Positions 23,131 to 34,939 of a DNA stretch of 64,000 nt are shown here, in pieces; the stretch's first letter is position 1; every line of letters begins with the position of its first letter. The stretch comes from Hemiscyllium ocellatum (lineage: Eukaryota): NCBI RefSeq assembly GCF_020745735.1, contig NC_083440.1:15760780-15824779 (forward strand), written 5' to 3'. The notes beneath the pieces were generated by a model. It did not search any database. It was not told the origin of the DNA and saw only the letters and a program-made list of their open reading frames with translations. The position numbers were made by a program, and so were the translations under genes.

Positions 23131-25055
23131 CGTTTCCAGCTTTACTCAATTTCGGTGGGAGGGGATGTTGGGTAGTCTGCTGCCAGTATTTATTATTGCC
23201 CATCCATAATTGCCTAGAGGCTGTTAAGTGTCAACCACATGGTTGGAGATCTGAAGTCAGGTGTATTCCTGACCAGGTAAGGATGGTCGTTTCCATCTCG
23301 AAAAGGCTTTACCGAACAGACAAACGACTTGGGTTCATCGTTGGACTCTTCAATCCCGGACGTTCATTGAATTCAAATTCCATCATCTACGACAGTGCGA
23401 ACTGAAACCATGCCCCAAGAAGCTTTCTTGGTTGGTTGGATGAACAGTACAGTGAGAATTCCACTCGGCCATCACCTCCAACTGCTCAATGACCTCCTGC
23501 TATGTGGAAAGCTAGAGAAGGAACTGAATAAAAACAGGAAGAACTACGGATACTCTCAAGCAGAAACAAAAGCAGAAATTCCTGGAAAACCTCAGCATTC
23601 CTAACAGCATTTGCAGAGAGAAATTAGAGTTGAATAGCCACCGTTCTCCTTTTCCAGCGTTGCTGGGTATACCTATGCCAAAAGCACACTCATTCCATAT
23701 TGAAAACTATTCAATGCTTCGTCCTTTGAATTAAAAATAATAATAATCTGGCAGTGAATTTTTTAAGTCTCTGCCTTTCTCTTCTCCAGCTGAGCGATAT
23801 TTTAAATGAAGGCTCCGTGCAATATTCCAAATATTGCAGCTATTCACTGTCCATTCGTTGGATATTTCGATGTAAACTTTATACCATTAAACAGTAAAAC
23901 GGGCAGGCAAATGGCGGATAATGAAGGAAGTGTGAAGCTTTATTCTTTTTGATAAATATAGGCAATATAAGTTAACTGGCCCAATTCTGGAGGGGAGGTA
24001 ATAACATTAAAACTTGGAAGTGAACATTTCTTTTGGGAAATTGATTGGTGAGCAGGTTTGTCTAAAATAATCTTTACAAAATCAAATTAGAATATAAAGG
24101 GAATGGAAATGCTATCAAAGCTTCATAATTCACAGTTTTAGCCACAATTGGGAGAAATAGATAGGATTTGAACTCTTGAAAAGCAAATGACTTCTATTGC
24201 GTTAAAATTGAGGTCTGCACACTCCTGAACACCACACTTTAGGAAGGATATCAATGCCTTGGGTAGGCTGTTGGGGAAGATAAATAGGAACATAGCAACA
24301 GGCATTCAGTCCCCGTGAACTTGTTCTGACATTCAATGGCTGTTCTGTAGTCTAACTCCATACACTTGTATTTGAACCTTAAACCTTAATATCTCTGTTT
24401 AAGAAAACAAAATCTGTCGCAGATTGAAAATAAACAATGAATCCAGCACCTATTGCCATTCGTGGAAGAAAGTACAAAATATCCCCCACCTTTCTGTGTG
24501 GAAGTGCTTCCAAACATCTCTCCGGAACACATGGCCCTACTTCTCAGAGTATGTTCGTTGTATTCGAAACACCAAAGAGTGGAAACAGTTTACCTGTAAA
24601 CACATTCTCTGCTCAGTTGTTAAGAAACAAGGACAAAATTGTCCAGTATCACTTCATAACTGAACTCCAAAACTACAAGTACAATTCTTGTAAATCGACA
24701 TCATATTCCACCAAAAGCCGATATGTCCTTTTTAAGGTGTTGCGCCTGAATCTGCTCACAGTTCTGTAAGTGAGAACAGACCCTTTGTATAACTGCAGTG
24801 GAACATCTGGCTCGGACTGCATTTTTTTTTTGCTCATCCCTGACAGCAGTCAAGAGTCAACCATTGCTGTCGTTCCAGAGTGACACATAGGCGAGACTGC
24901 ATATCGATGGCAATTTGCTTCGCAAAAGAACATGACTGAAACTTTTTTATTGATTTCATTTTCCTCGAAAATGCTACGGCAAAATGATTAATCGATGTAT
25001 TGGACATTTGTCTGGAACCATTGACAATATCCATTTTACGTTTCATTTCTGCATT

Positions 25056-25680
25056 GTTAGGACATGAGCTAAAAGCTTCTGCTAATGTAAAGCCGACACA
25101 CAGAGGAGCTCACCTCGCACCATAATGTGTTCAAGTTCGAGAGGCAAACAACTATCACAGATTTCACTATTTCAAGTAAAAATTTACAATTGTTTTATTT
25201 AAGTCCGAGAGAGAACATTAAAAAGCCTATTTAGAACTCCATTCTCTTAAACCTACATTTTATCTCCCACTCCACTGTAATGGTCTGATAAATTTATTGG
25301 AAATTTACAGCAAATCACTTTTAAATGCAGTTGACTTCTTTGGATTCGAACTTTATTTGTCAAATTCTCTGGATCAGCTTTGGTGTTCTGCTGCACAAAT
25401 TTATTATGAACAGGTACCTTTCAGACAGTTATTCAGCTCGCAGCCTTTTGGTGCTCTTTTCTGTTCTGTTCTCGCCCGAATAGTAAAAAAAAAACCGGCT
25501 TTATACCACAAACCATCAGATCATTTCATTGGTTTGATGTCATCAAAACACTAAATTCAATTTGGATTTAAGTTTGGTATCTTGGGGCATAATGTAAACT
25601 GATTGGCCAAATTCACATTTGTGGCAACTGAACCAAACTATTGGATTCACAGTCAAATTTTACATTATAAATTATTAGCA
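25056..25680 (-). mobile_element. Probable solo LTR (paralog of 20908-21660)
   Basis: Shares CTTCTGCTAAT...ACACAGAGGA..TCACCTC and CCGGCTT..TATACC...TCATTGGTT..ATGT..TCAAAACA.TAAA with the 20.9-kb copy. Confidence 0.5.
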
Positions 25681-26326
25681 CAACCAGTGCCATTCTAAGT
25701 CCATGCCAGATTCCACACTCTTAAAATTACAGCCTCTATGAAAGGAACAGTACGCACCTACACCTCCATAACAGAATGGGCTGATCTACTTGCTTGGTGG
25801 ACCTTATTTTATACTAAGAGTGAGACTTGGCATATTATCTTTTAAAGCAATATATATTTAAACATACAATCTTAAAAATTCAGTCCTTTCCTTTACTATC
25901 CCCAGCAACTTGCAGGTCTGAAATGTCTAAGCCCGCACCATCATTTAAAATTCCCAATTCCAACACATCAAACAAGACTCGTGGCTTTTCTTTATACTGC
26001 AAGCTTCTTTGTCTTGATATTACCTAGAGATTGTGAGATCTGTCTGACTTAAGTGGCTTATTTATCTTTGATGTGGAGGTGCTGATGTTGAACTTGGATG
26101 GCTAAGTCCGAAGTCACACAATACCAGGTTGTCGTCCAATCGGTTTACTTGAAATCAGAAGCTTTTGTTTGATTTCTGACCTTCTTTTCGCCAGTTATCC
26201 AGTTAATTTCCGATTGCAGTGGCGTAGGAGCAGTTTATAACACTATAATTAGCATAAGTTAATTTTATTTTCTATTGCAGGAAGAATATAATGTAAAACT
26301 GTATTGGATACTTAAAATATTGTCGC

Positions 26327-28066
26327 AAAGGATAGTAGTGGGAAGTTGTGCGTGGAGGCGGAGGAGATTGGTGAGACACTAAATCAATATTTTTCGTCAG
26401 TATTCAGTCAGGAACGGGACTCTGTTGCTGGTGTGAATATTGAGTCACAAGTGATTAGAATGGATGGCCTTGAAGTATGTAGGGAGGAGGTTTTGGGAAT
26501 ACTGGAAAGGATGAAAATAGATAAGTCTCCTGGGCCGGATGGCATTTACCCTAGGATCCTCTGGGAAGCTAGGGAGGAGATAGCAGAGCCATTGGCCTTG
26601 ATTTTTATGTCGTCATTGTCAACGGGAATAGTACCAGAAGACTGGAGGATAGCGAATGTGGTCCCCTTGTTCAAGAAGGGGAGTAGGGACAGCCTGAGTA
26701 ACTATAGGCCAGTGAGTCTCACTTCTGTTGTGGGCAAAGTTTTAGAGAGAATTGTAAGGGATAAGATTTATGAACATCTGGATAGGAATAATGTGATCAA
26801 GGATAGTCAGCATGGTTTTGTGAAGGGCAAGTCGTGCCTCACAAACATTATTGAGTTCTTTGAGAAGGTGACTAAGGAGGTGGATGAGGGTAAAGCAGTA
26901 GATGTGGTGTATATGGATTTTAGCAAGGCGTTCGATAAGGTACCCCATGGTAGGCTAATGCAAAAACTACGGAGGTATGGTATTGAGGGTGCATTAGAGG
27001 TTTGGATTAGGAATTGGCTGGCTGGAAGGAGACAGAGGGTAGTAGCTGATGGACTAGGTTCATCTTGGAGTGCAGTTACTAGCGGTGTACCACAGGGATC
27101 TGTTTTGGGACCGTTGCTGTTTGTCATCTTTATAAATGATCTAGAGGAGGGGCTTGAAAGCTGGGTGAGCAAGTTTGCGGATGACACAAAGGTCGGTGGA
27201 GTTGTGGACTGTGAAGAAGGATGTGGCAGGTTACAGCGGGATATAGATAGGTTGCAGAGCTGGGCAGAAAGGTGGCAGATGGAATTCAATGTAGCTAAGT
27301 GTGAAGTCATTCACTTTGGTAGGAGTAACAACAAGATGGATTACTGGGCTAATGGTAGGCTACTTGGTAGTGTGGATGAGCAGAGGGATCTTGGTGTCCA
27401 TGTACACAGATCTCTGAAAGTTTCCACCCAGGTAAATAGTGCTGTGAGGAAGGCATATGGTGTACTGGGCTTTATTGGTAGAGGAATTGAGTTCCGGAGT
27501 CCTGAGGTCATGTTGCAGTTGTATAAGACTCTGGTGCGGCCTCATCTGGAGTATTGTGTGCAGTTTTGGTCGCCATACTATAGGAAGGATGTGGAGGCAT
27601 TGGAACGAGTGCAGAGGAGGTTTACCAGGATGTTGCCTGGCATGGTAGGAAGATCGTATGAGGAAAGGCTGAGGCACTTGGGCCTGTTCTCATTGGAGAA
27701 AAGAAGGTTTAGGGGAGATTTGATAGAGGTGCATAAGATGTTTAGGGGTTTAGATAGGGTAGACACTGAGAACCTTTTACCGCTAATGGAGTCAGCTGTT
27801 ACTAGGGGACACAGCTTTAAATTAAGGGGTGGTAGGTATAGGACAGATGTTAGGGGTAGATTCTTTACGCAGCGGGTTGTGAGTTCATGGAATGCCCTGC
27901 CAGTAGCAATGGTGAACTCTCCCTCTTTATGGTCATTTAAGCAGGCATTGGATAGGCATATGGAAGTTATTGGGCTAGTGTAGGTTAGGTAGGATTTGGT
28001 CGGCGCAACATCGAGGGCCGAAGGGCCTGTACTGCGCTGTATTTTTCTATTTTCTATTTTTCTATA
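26327..28066 (+). mobile_element. Young 5'-truncated CR1 LINE with uninterrupted 545-aa RT-containing ORF2 fragment (26346-27983)
   Basis: KSPGPDGIYP, NYRPVSLTS, QHGF, YMDFSKAFDKV, GVPQGSVLGP, FADDTK, RPHLEYCVQFWSP. 3' UTR GGGCCGAAGGGCCTGT plus a (TTCTATT)n-like tail. No endonuclease domain. Confidence 0.97.
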
Positions 28067-28249
28067 TAAAGTCTCATCAACAACCCATTTCATGTTCAAT
28101 CAAGTTGAAGGCTTGTGCATCTGTCTGGCTTCATTGAATTTGGCAGTGATTCCTCGTTTTATATCTCAGTTCCACTGTCTCAGTAACACCAGTTCAATGT
28201 TATCAATCAAGATATTTTTGGATAATGAAGCAGGGTCTTCCATAGTGAC

Positions 28250-29765
28250 TACTGATACCGACATTCCTGTTCCAGGTCCGCAATGCTGCTGCTGCAGATA
28301 CTATTGATGCCATCTTCCTCCAAGTTCCCTGCCACAGGAGCAGAAGGTGGAGATGAAAATTAGCCAAGGCGAAAGAAGGATGTGCCCGGCCTGGTGATTC
28401 GAATCAAATGGACTCAGGAGCCTGCCAATTCAGCCATCATAAAAAAAGATTCTGGAAGAATTTTACGAGCGAGGTTCCAGAGTGATTTACACGTGAAGTG
28501 AGACTAGAGAGGCTGGGATTGAATTCGGGCAAATTCAACAAAGCCAAGCTGGTGTTCTTCTCTGACCACTGGTCTCCAATGGATCGTGGAAACTGAATGT
28601 AAACCTGCTGATCCCAGATAATATGGAGAAGCTCAAAAGGTTTCCACAGGCTGGAGAAACATGAAACCCCACTTTGAGTCACCATGAGACTTATGGGAAA
28701 CTGTCAAGCAGATCATCTGGAGGACCTTTCTGTCGAAAGTCTTCTGAAGGTGAGAGAGAAACGGGGAGAATGTAAGAACTCCAGAAAAGTTTGCAGAATC
28801 ATCATCTCGTGGAGCCGATAGAGGTTGATCTTATGGAGAGTGCCCTGGACGTGAACAGCCAGAAAGCATCACGTTTATCTCAGATGCCTCCAAGATGCTT
28901 TCCAAGTCCAGGGTTCACACTGTGGAGCAGGAGGAGGCATGCTCACGTTTGGTATTTGAATTGTTGCACAGAGAGAGCTATGTGCTCAGAGCCTGAATGG
29001 AGAAGATGGATGTGTAGTGTTATCTCAGCCTGACATCATGAGAATCAGCAAATCCTTTTATGTCAGACTGCATGACACGAAATCCACAGAGAGTGCAACC
29101 TCCCGGTCATTGCTCACTGTCACGTAGGTCTTCGACGACAGCACATGGGAGAGGCTGCTACAACCGTTATTTCTGGTTATGGTGACCAAGACTCTCGAGT
29201 CCTTAGAAACGACTAAGCCTCGAGGAATTGACAGCTTACTAACTGTGTTGTTTTAGACTGTGTCAGACTTGCTTGGCCAGGGTCTGGTGGAAGTGTACAA
29301 CAGTCGGCTTCTAACAGGTAGTCTCTGTGAACCCATGGGAACAGGTATCATCCCCCTCACCTATAATCAGAAGGGGGAGAGGACGACTGATGATCCACTT
29401 CATTGTTCAATTTAAACTAAAATTTCTTGAATAAGGTCATCACCAACCAACTCAGTTCTGCTTTGGGATCACTGATTCACCCCGAATAGATCTGATCTGA
29501 ACATGCAGCCTCACAATTCTTCGGGATAGAATCACCTCCATGCAGGACAGGGGAGTCGGAAGCCTGCCTCATCAGCCTGCACCAGGAGGTCCTTGACAGG
29601 ATCTCTCACACATCTATGAGGGATATTCTCTCAAAGGTATGCTTTGGGAAGGGATTCCACCAATGAATCAGACTGCTGTCCACCAGCATTATTAGTGAAG
29701 CTTCAATCAATAAGTGGGAAACAGAAAGCTTCTTCATCAATCGATAGTCAGGCAGGGCTGCTCCC
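28250..29765 (+). mobile_element. Decayed L1/Tx1-clade LINE ORF2 fragment
   Basis: GATCGTGGAAACTGAATGTAAACCTGCTG (SWKLNVNLL), remnants of PISLLNxDYKI and LIxLDQEKAFDR-like motifs, and GTCAGGCAGGGCTGC (VRQGC). Paralogs at 54850-55390 and 60310-61400. Confidence 0.7.
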
Positions 29766-31948
29766 ATCGCCTTTCCTGTAACATTGTTGACCTGGAGGCA
29801 GCTGATTCATTGCTGCAAATCATTCAGGAATTGCTTCCCTTTTAGCAGATGTTAATATACTGAGAACCTCTTCATTAACGTTCCTCAATCCACTACTTCT
29901 CATTTATACATTACTTCATTATTTAGATTCAGCATTCGAATTTTAGAGGCTAATTCTTCATTCTCCACATTAATAAACAATTCAAGCATTTTAAGATCAC
30001 TCTTCCCCAATGTAATGACATTGCAAATTCATACTCTGCATTATGTCTGTATGTTTTGGAGAAAGTAAATTAACTAGCCGACATAGAGAGAGACTCCTAT
30101 GAAAGGCGATGCATTTGTAAATAACGAATGATTAATTACATGATGCCATCCTCTGTAGGGTGATTTCGATCCCAGATATGGTCGGTGTTAATATGCACTC
30201 GGACCATGGGTTCTTCATTTTCTAGACTTCCCCGCTTCAGCTCATGTCCCACCCCGAAAACCCCACACCCCAATATTACCTGATGTTGTTCTGTCACGTT
30301 CTCGACCCGAAACACTATTGAGACAATACACCGCCCTGCATTCAGCTTAGTCAGGACTGATGGTTCTGGTAGATTCCCTAAATCAGCAAGGGTTCATTAA
30401 TGAGGTACTGAAATTATGCAAACATATGTTTGAATTCCTCAAATTTAGGAGTTTCTGAGATGAATTTAGTTTTCAAGAGAATAATGGAAACTGCTGGCAG
30501 AGAATGGACTGAAAGGCTGCCTGTTGTCTTTTAATTTAAGACTAGGATAAGCATCTAATAGTTTATAGATGGCTTGAAGTCTTTACAAGACTGAAATGAA
30601 TGAAGAACGCCTCGTAGTTCTCTACATTATGTTGCTCAGACTAATTTGTGCTCATTCACTCAATGAACCTGTCCTTCTCCTTCTCAGCGTTCCCGTGTCC
30701 TCCTTGTCTTTGACTGTTTCACTTAATATTGTACTATCAACAGACGTCACACATGCTCCTGTCATCACAGTCATTGGTGGAGATAATAAATGGCTGTTTG
30801 TGGAGTAATCATCCTTGTGGGACTCACTAATACCAGCCTGACAACATGAAGATGGCACATTTATTCCTTCTCACTGTTTTCTGTCCTTTATCATTATTCA
30901 CAATAAATCCCATTTCCCCAAAACTTAAGACGTCATGGACAACAGTGACACACTCAAACACTTCAGAATTTGACATTTCGGCACCTTTATGTGCGCAAAT
31001 CCCTCCCTGGCCTCTCTCCACCATCTCACTTGAAGCAGTTCAATCTCATCATCAGTCAGATGTTTCAGGTTTCTTCCCTGTACATGACCAGTACATTGCA
31101 GGGAATATTAAATAACTCATCCTCATGTGCAGCTGTTCAGATTGTGTGTGCCTCAGAGTCAGTTTTGAAACATGCCCAGGGCACTCTTATTCTGGTGGGA
31201 TAATCTGTATTGATTGGAACTTATGTAAACGCAAAGTGTACTTTTCACTGAGTTGTTTTACGTTATTCAATTATTGTCTTAATTGGAGAAGTTATATTCG
31301 ATTCAGAAACGGTACCCCTGCAAAGTGAGGAAATCTGTTAGGATGTTGAATTTGCTGAAAAATGCAATGTGTCGTTTCCATTCACCAACTATCATCACTT
31401 CACAGAATAGACACTCATAAGTAGGGAAACTACAGCTCAGTGTTGAGGAGCACATTTCTTTGTGAGACACGCAACAACCAGAATAATTTTTCTAAATGGT
31501 CAAAAGCAAGGAAATGATGACACTGAAATAAAGTGAGATAGATGGTGTTGGAATATCAATGCTGGTATATAGGGTGGCATGGTGATTCAGTGATTATTTG
31601 GGTACGATACACTTTTCAGGGTTGTTTTGGTTTCGATGGGCCCATTGACCCTCTTCCACATCGTACGCATTCTATGATTTCATTCCACATGCATTTTCCA
31701 AAGTTTGCTATTGACCGATTGAAATTTTTATCCAATAATCCTCAGTTCTAAAAATACTCTATGACAATTGGGAGTTAACTCACCGCTATGACTTGTTTGT
31801 TCAAATTTTTAAATAAATGAATCGAACCACATTGTAATGTAAGAATCCTTCAGGCGATGCCAGCAGGTATAAATGAAAGGCTTTGTGATTGCATCACCTC
31901 GGTATTGAGTGCAGAGAAATTGCCTCTGCAAAGAGATACAGGCAGAAA

Positions 31949-32015
31949 ATGACGTTTTCATTTTATCATGTGTGGACAATATTTTACACGATTCTTCCAT
32001 TTGTAGCAATTCCTG
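31949..32015 (+). CDS. Exon 1 of orphan class-A GPCR (GPR139/GPR142-like); encodes MTFSFYHVWTIFYTILPFVAIP (short N-terminus and start of TM1)
   Basis: ATG at 31949, 22 codons plus 1 nt, then donor G|GTAAGA at 32016. Phase 1 joins in frame to the acceptor at 47682 (G+TT=Val, giving ...AIPVNFLLIFVLSRGKCGLS). A paralogous exon with the same ATTCCTG|GT end lies at 7132-7177. Confidence 0.8.
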
Positions 32016-34939
32016 GTAAGAGCCTTCATAAGGGAATTTGTGTGAATCTGGGTGAGGATTCTCTGCGGGTTCACTCTGCCACTAACAATAGTACATGAGC
32101 ATGTTTTGCCTGTAAGTCACACAGTGGCAGACGATCAAACATTTAGTCTCAGGTTACAGACAACCTGTGAAATCCCCATCACCGCAGATTCCACAGGAAC
32201 TGCCTGGAGGATTATTCACGTCTTCTGGCAAATTCCAGAAATCTATATTTCAATCGGGACGACGGGGAATTTCAGTGGAATTAACAAAAGGAGTTACTTA
32301 GTTAAAATGTAAGCAGTGATATTTTTATGTAGAGATTGGAATAATATTTAATTTGCGTTTGGTTCTGCTTCTTTAGAATAAGCAGTGGGCTTTACTGTGC
32401 ATTTGAAGTATATCGTCAGGGTGAGTGCATTTCTGTTATCACAGCAAATTGTTTTAAAGGTTGCATTTGAAATTTGCCTACAGGCTGAATGAAATTTGTC
32501 TACCAGTGTACCCTTGTATAATTTTGATGTTTGCAATCCAGCATGGTATTAATGGAGTCTGAATGAATTGTTGGCTAGTTTCGGTATTTATGATTCAGGA
32601 AGAAACCCAGAAATGAGAAATCTTTCCTTTCACTTCGATCATTTTTTCTAATTTCTTTTCAGTCCTGTAAGAACCTGGAAATGAGTGGATGCATTGATAT
32701 GTGCACATGTGATTGAGATGAGAGTTTTATTAAAATACAATGTATTGGAATGAAAATGTTGTATTGATCCCAGACAGAACTGATGCGATGAGACATAAGC
32801 TCTGAAGATATTGTTCAAATCCACATTGACACTCATATATGTGATAGCTCCAGGAAAAATCAAATGCAGTTCCAGTTTAGAAGTGGTAGTCACAAGTCAT
32901 TTAACCAAATGATAGAAATAGGTATTTTCGAGTGACTATTGCATGAGCGTTGTTTTGTTTTGAACTGCATTGGGAGTCTGTATTGTTGAATATATGAAAG
33001 TCGTGTCCTTTTGTTTCATTGATGCATTGTTTTGAGGTTAATAAGAATTATACATTTACTTCATATTCGTTCTGTTTGAGTCTGCGTTATAAGTATGTAA
33101 TTTGAATTATTCTAATTTATCGTCATTTCTTTTGCAATAAACGTCTGTTTTGGTGTGAAAACAATGTTTTCAGCATTGTATGTTTGTGATTCAGCAAGAG
33201 ATCAGTTTGCTAATTAATGCACTAATTAAGATTATCACTCATCAATCTGAATTTTTGTCTCGGATCTGGCTTTTTCTGTAATTAATCAGCTGGCAACAGA
33301 ACAGAATTGAGGCGATTAAACGCTTCGACTGACTCCTGAAAACCTGATAAACTAAGCCACACTTCAAACAGATTGGGCCCAACTATATCCATGCAGATTA
33401 ATTACATATCGCAGACCCTGATATCAGTCATTCACACTGAGTTGTAATTCCGTATTACCCATCCCAAAGTTACTACTCTTTTACTCTACAGCATAGCCAA
33501 TACAATACAAAATCCCTCACTCCCTGCCAGATCTGTAACACTGAAACGGTACGAGAAACAGGGTGGCTCACACACATGCAGTTTTGTGCACAGTACTGGT
33601 CATCACCGATCAGTGAGGACAGAATTGATCTGTAGAGAGTGCTACAGAGATTTACCAGAATGGTTTTACTGTGGGGAAAATACTGCAGTATTGAGGAAAG
33701 ATGAATAGGGCCGTGTCATTTTCCCTAAACAGGAGCGCATGAGATTTGACGTGACTGAGATTACAAATTAATCAGTGTGTTGATTGACTACATGACTCCG
33801 TCAATGCAGAACCAATTAACCAGGAAACACAGAGTGAGAAACATTGGTGGGAGGATTATCAAGGACATGATATCTATCAGTTCATTGGGAAGATTATAGT
33901 GTGACTGGAATTCACTGCCCAGTTTTGATGGTGACTTGAGGTGATGAACCTTAGCTCATATAAAGGAAATTTAGGTCTGCACATGAAGTGCAGAAAACGT
34001 CGACCAGGTGCTGGAAAGTGGGATCAGAGCAGGTTGATCCCACAAATATTGTGCATTCCTCTGATTTTGCAGAAAGACTGAGGAGAGTTGAAGTGTATTC
34101 ACTTGGTGGGCTAAATGGCCTGTTTCTGTGTTGTCTATTTCCAACACTGGAAAACTGGAGAACGTAAAATTGAATCCAAGAGTTCTACCTTCCAGTTTTT
34201 CACTAAAAAAAGTTTTTGTAGCTTCAATATCTGTACAATGGATAAAACAATTTTACATAGGGAGGAATAATGTCAACTAAGGTTAGAGCATAATAATTTG
34301 TCAATTCATTAGGGTAACATTGCTTACTTTGTTTAGTTATATCATTACAATGTAAAGATTTTAGAAAATAAGTTTTTTGAAATCGTGTATTGCCTATGAA
34401 CTGTGGAGCATTCGGATTATCAAGTTAAATGTTAATTTTCCACTACATGATTATAAAACAATAGAGAGTCAGAGAGACCTGATTCTTTTATCATGTCATA
34501 TTTTGCTATGCAAGGATTGGAGCTGCCACATTCCGTAGTTGAAGTAATGAATTCATGGTTTTCTTCTGTATTGCGTTCATAGAATATCAACAGGCTTGTG
34601 CCAAAACTCTTTGAATCAGATAATGCAGAGAATGCAAAAAAGTCACGTCTCCCTATTTGCACTTCGCATTATTTGCTGACTGAATGTCAGCCACATAGAG
34701 TACTTGCTAAACTTGACAAGGAATTGTTCACTTTCCAAAACACACTAAGAGGGATTCAGTGAGTTATCAGATCCTCAGTTTATCGTCACAGAGAGGACTC
34801 AGATCGTGATTTGCACCTTTAATAAGGTAACGAACATTTCTCATCTCTGTAAACATTGTCCATCAACCAATTGCAACTTCTCAAGTGCAAAAAATTATGT
34901 GCTTTGTAATATAGTTAATTGACCATTCTAGGTAATCTG

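Noticed and set aside
26346-27983. Host protein-coding gene or domesticated RT
   Set aside because: Typical 5'-truncated CR1 with a TTG pseudo-start and an intact retrotransposon tail.
26742-28099. Antisense ORFs over CR1 (also 4173-4733 and 55816-56639)
   Set aside because: Shadow frames of LINE ORF2 with no independent evidence.
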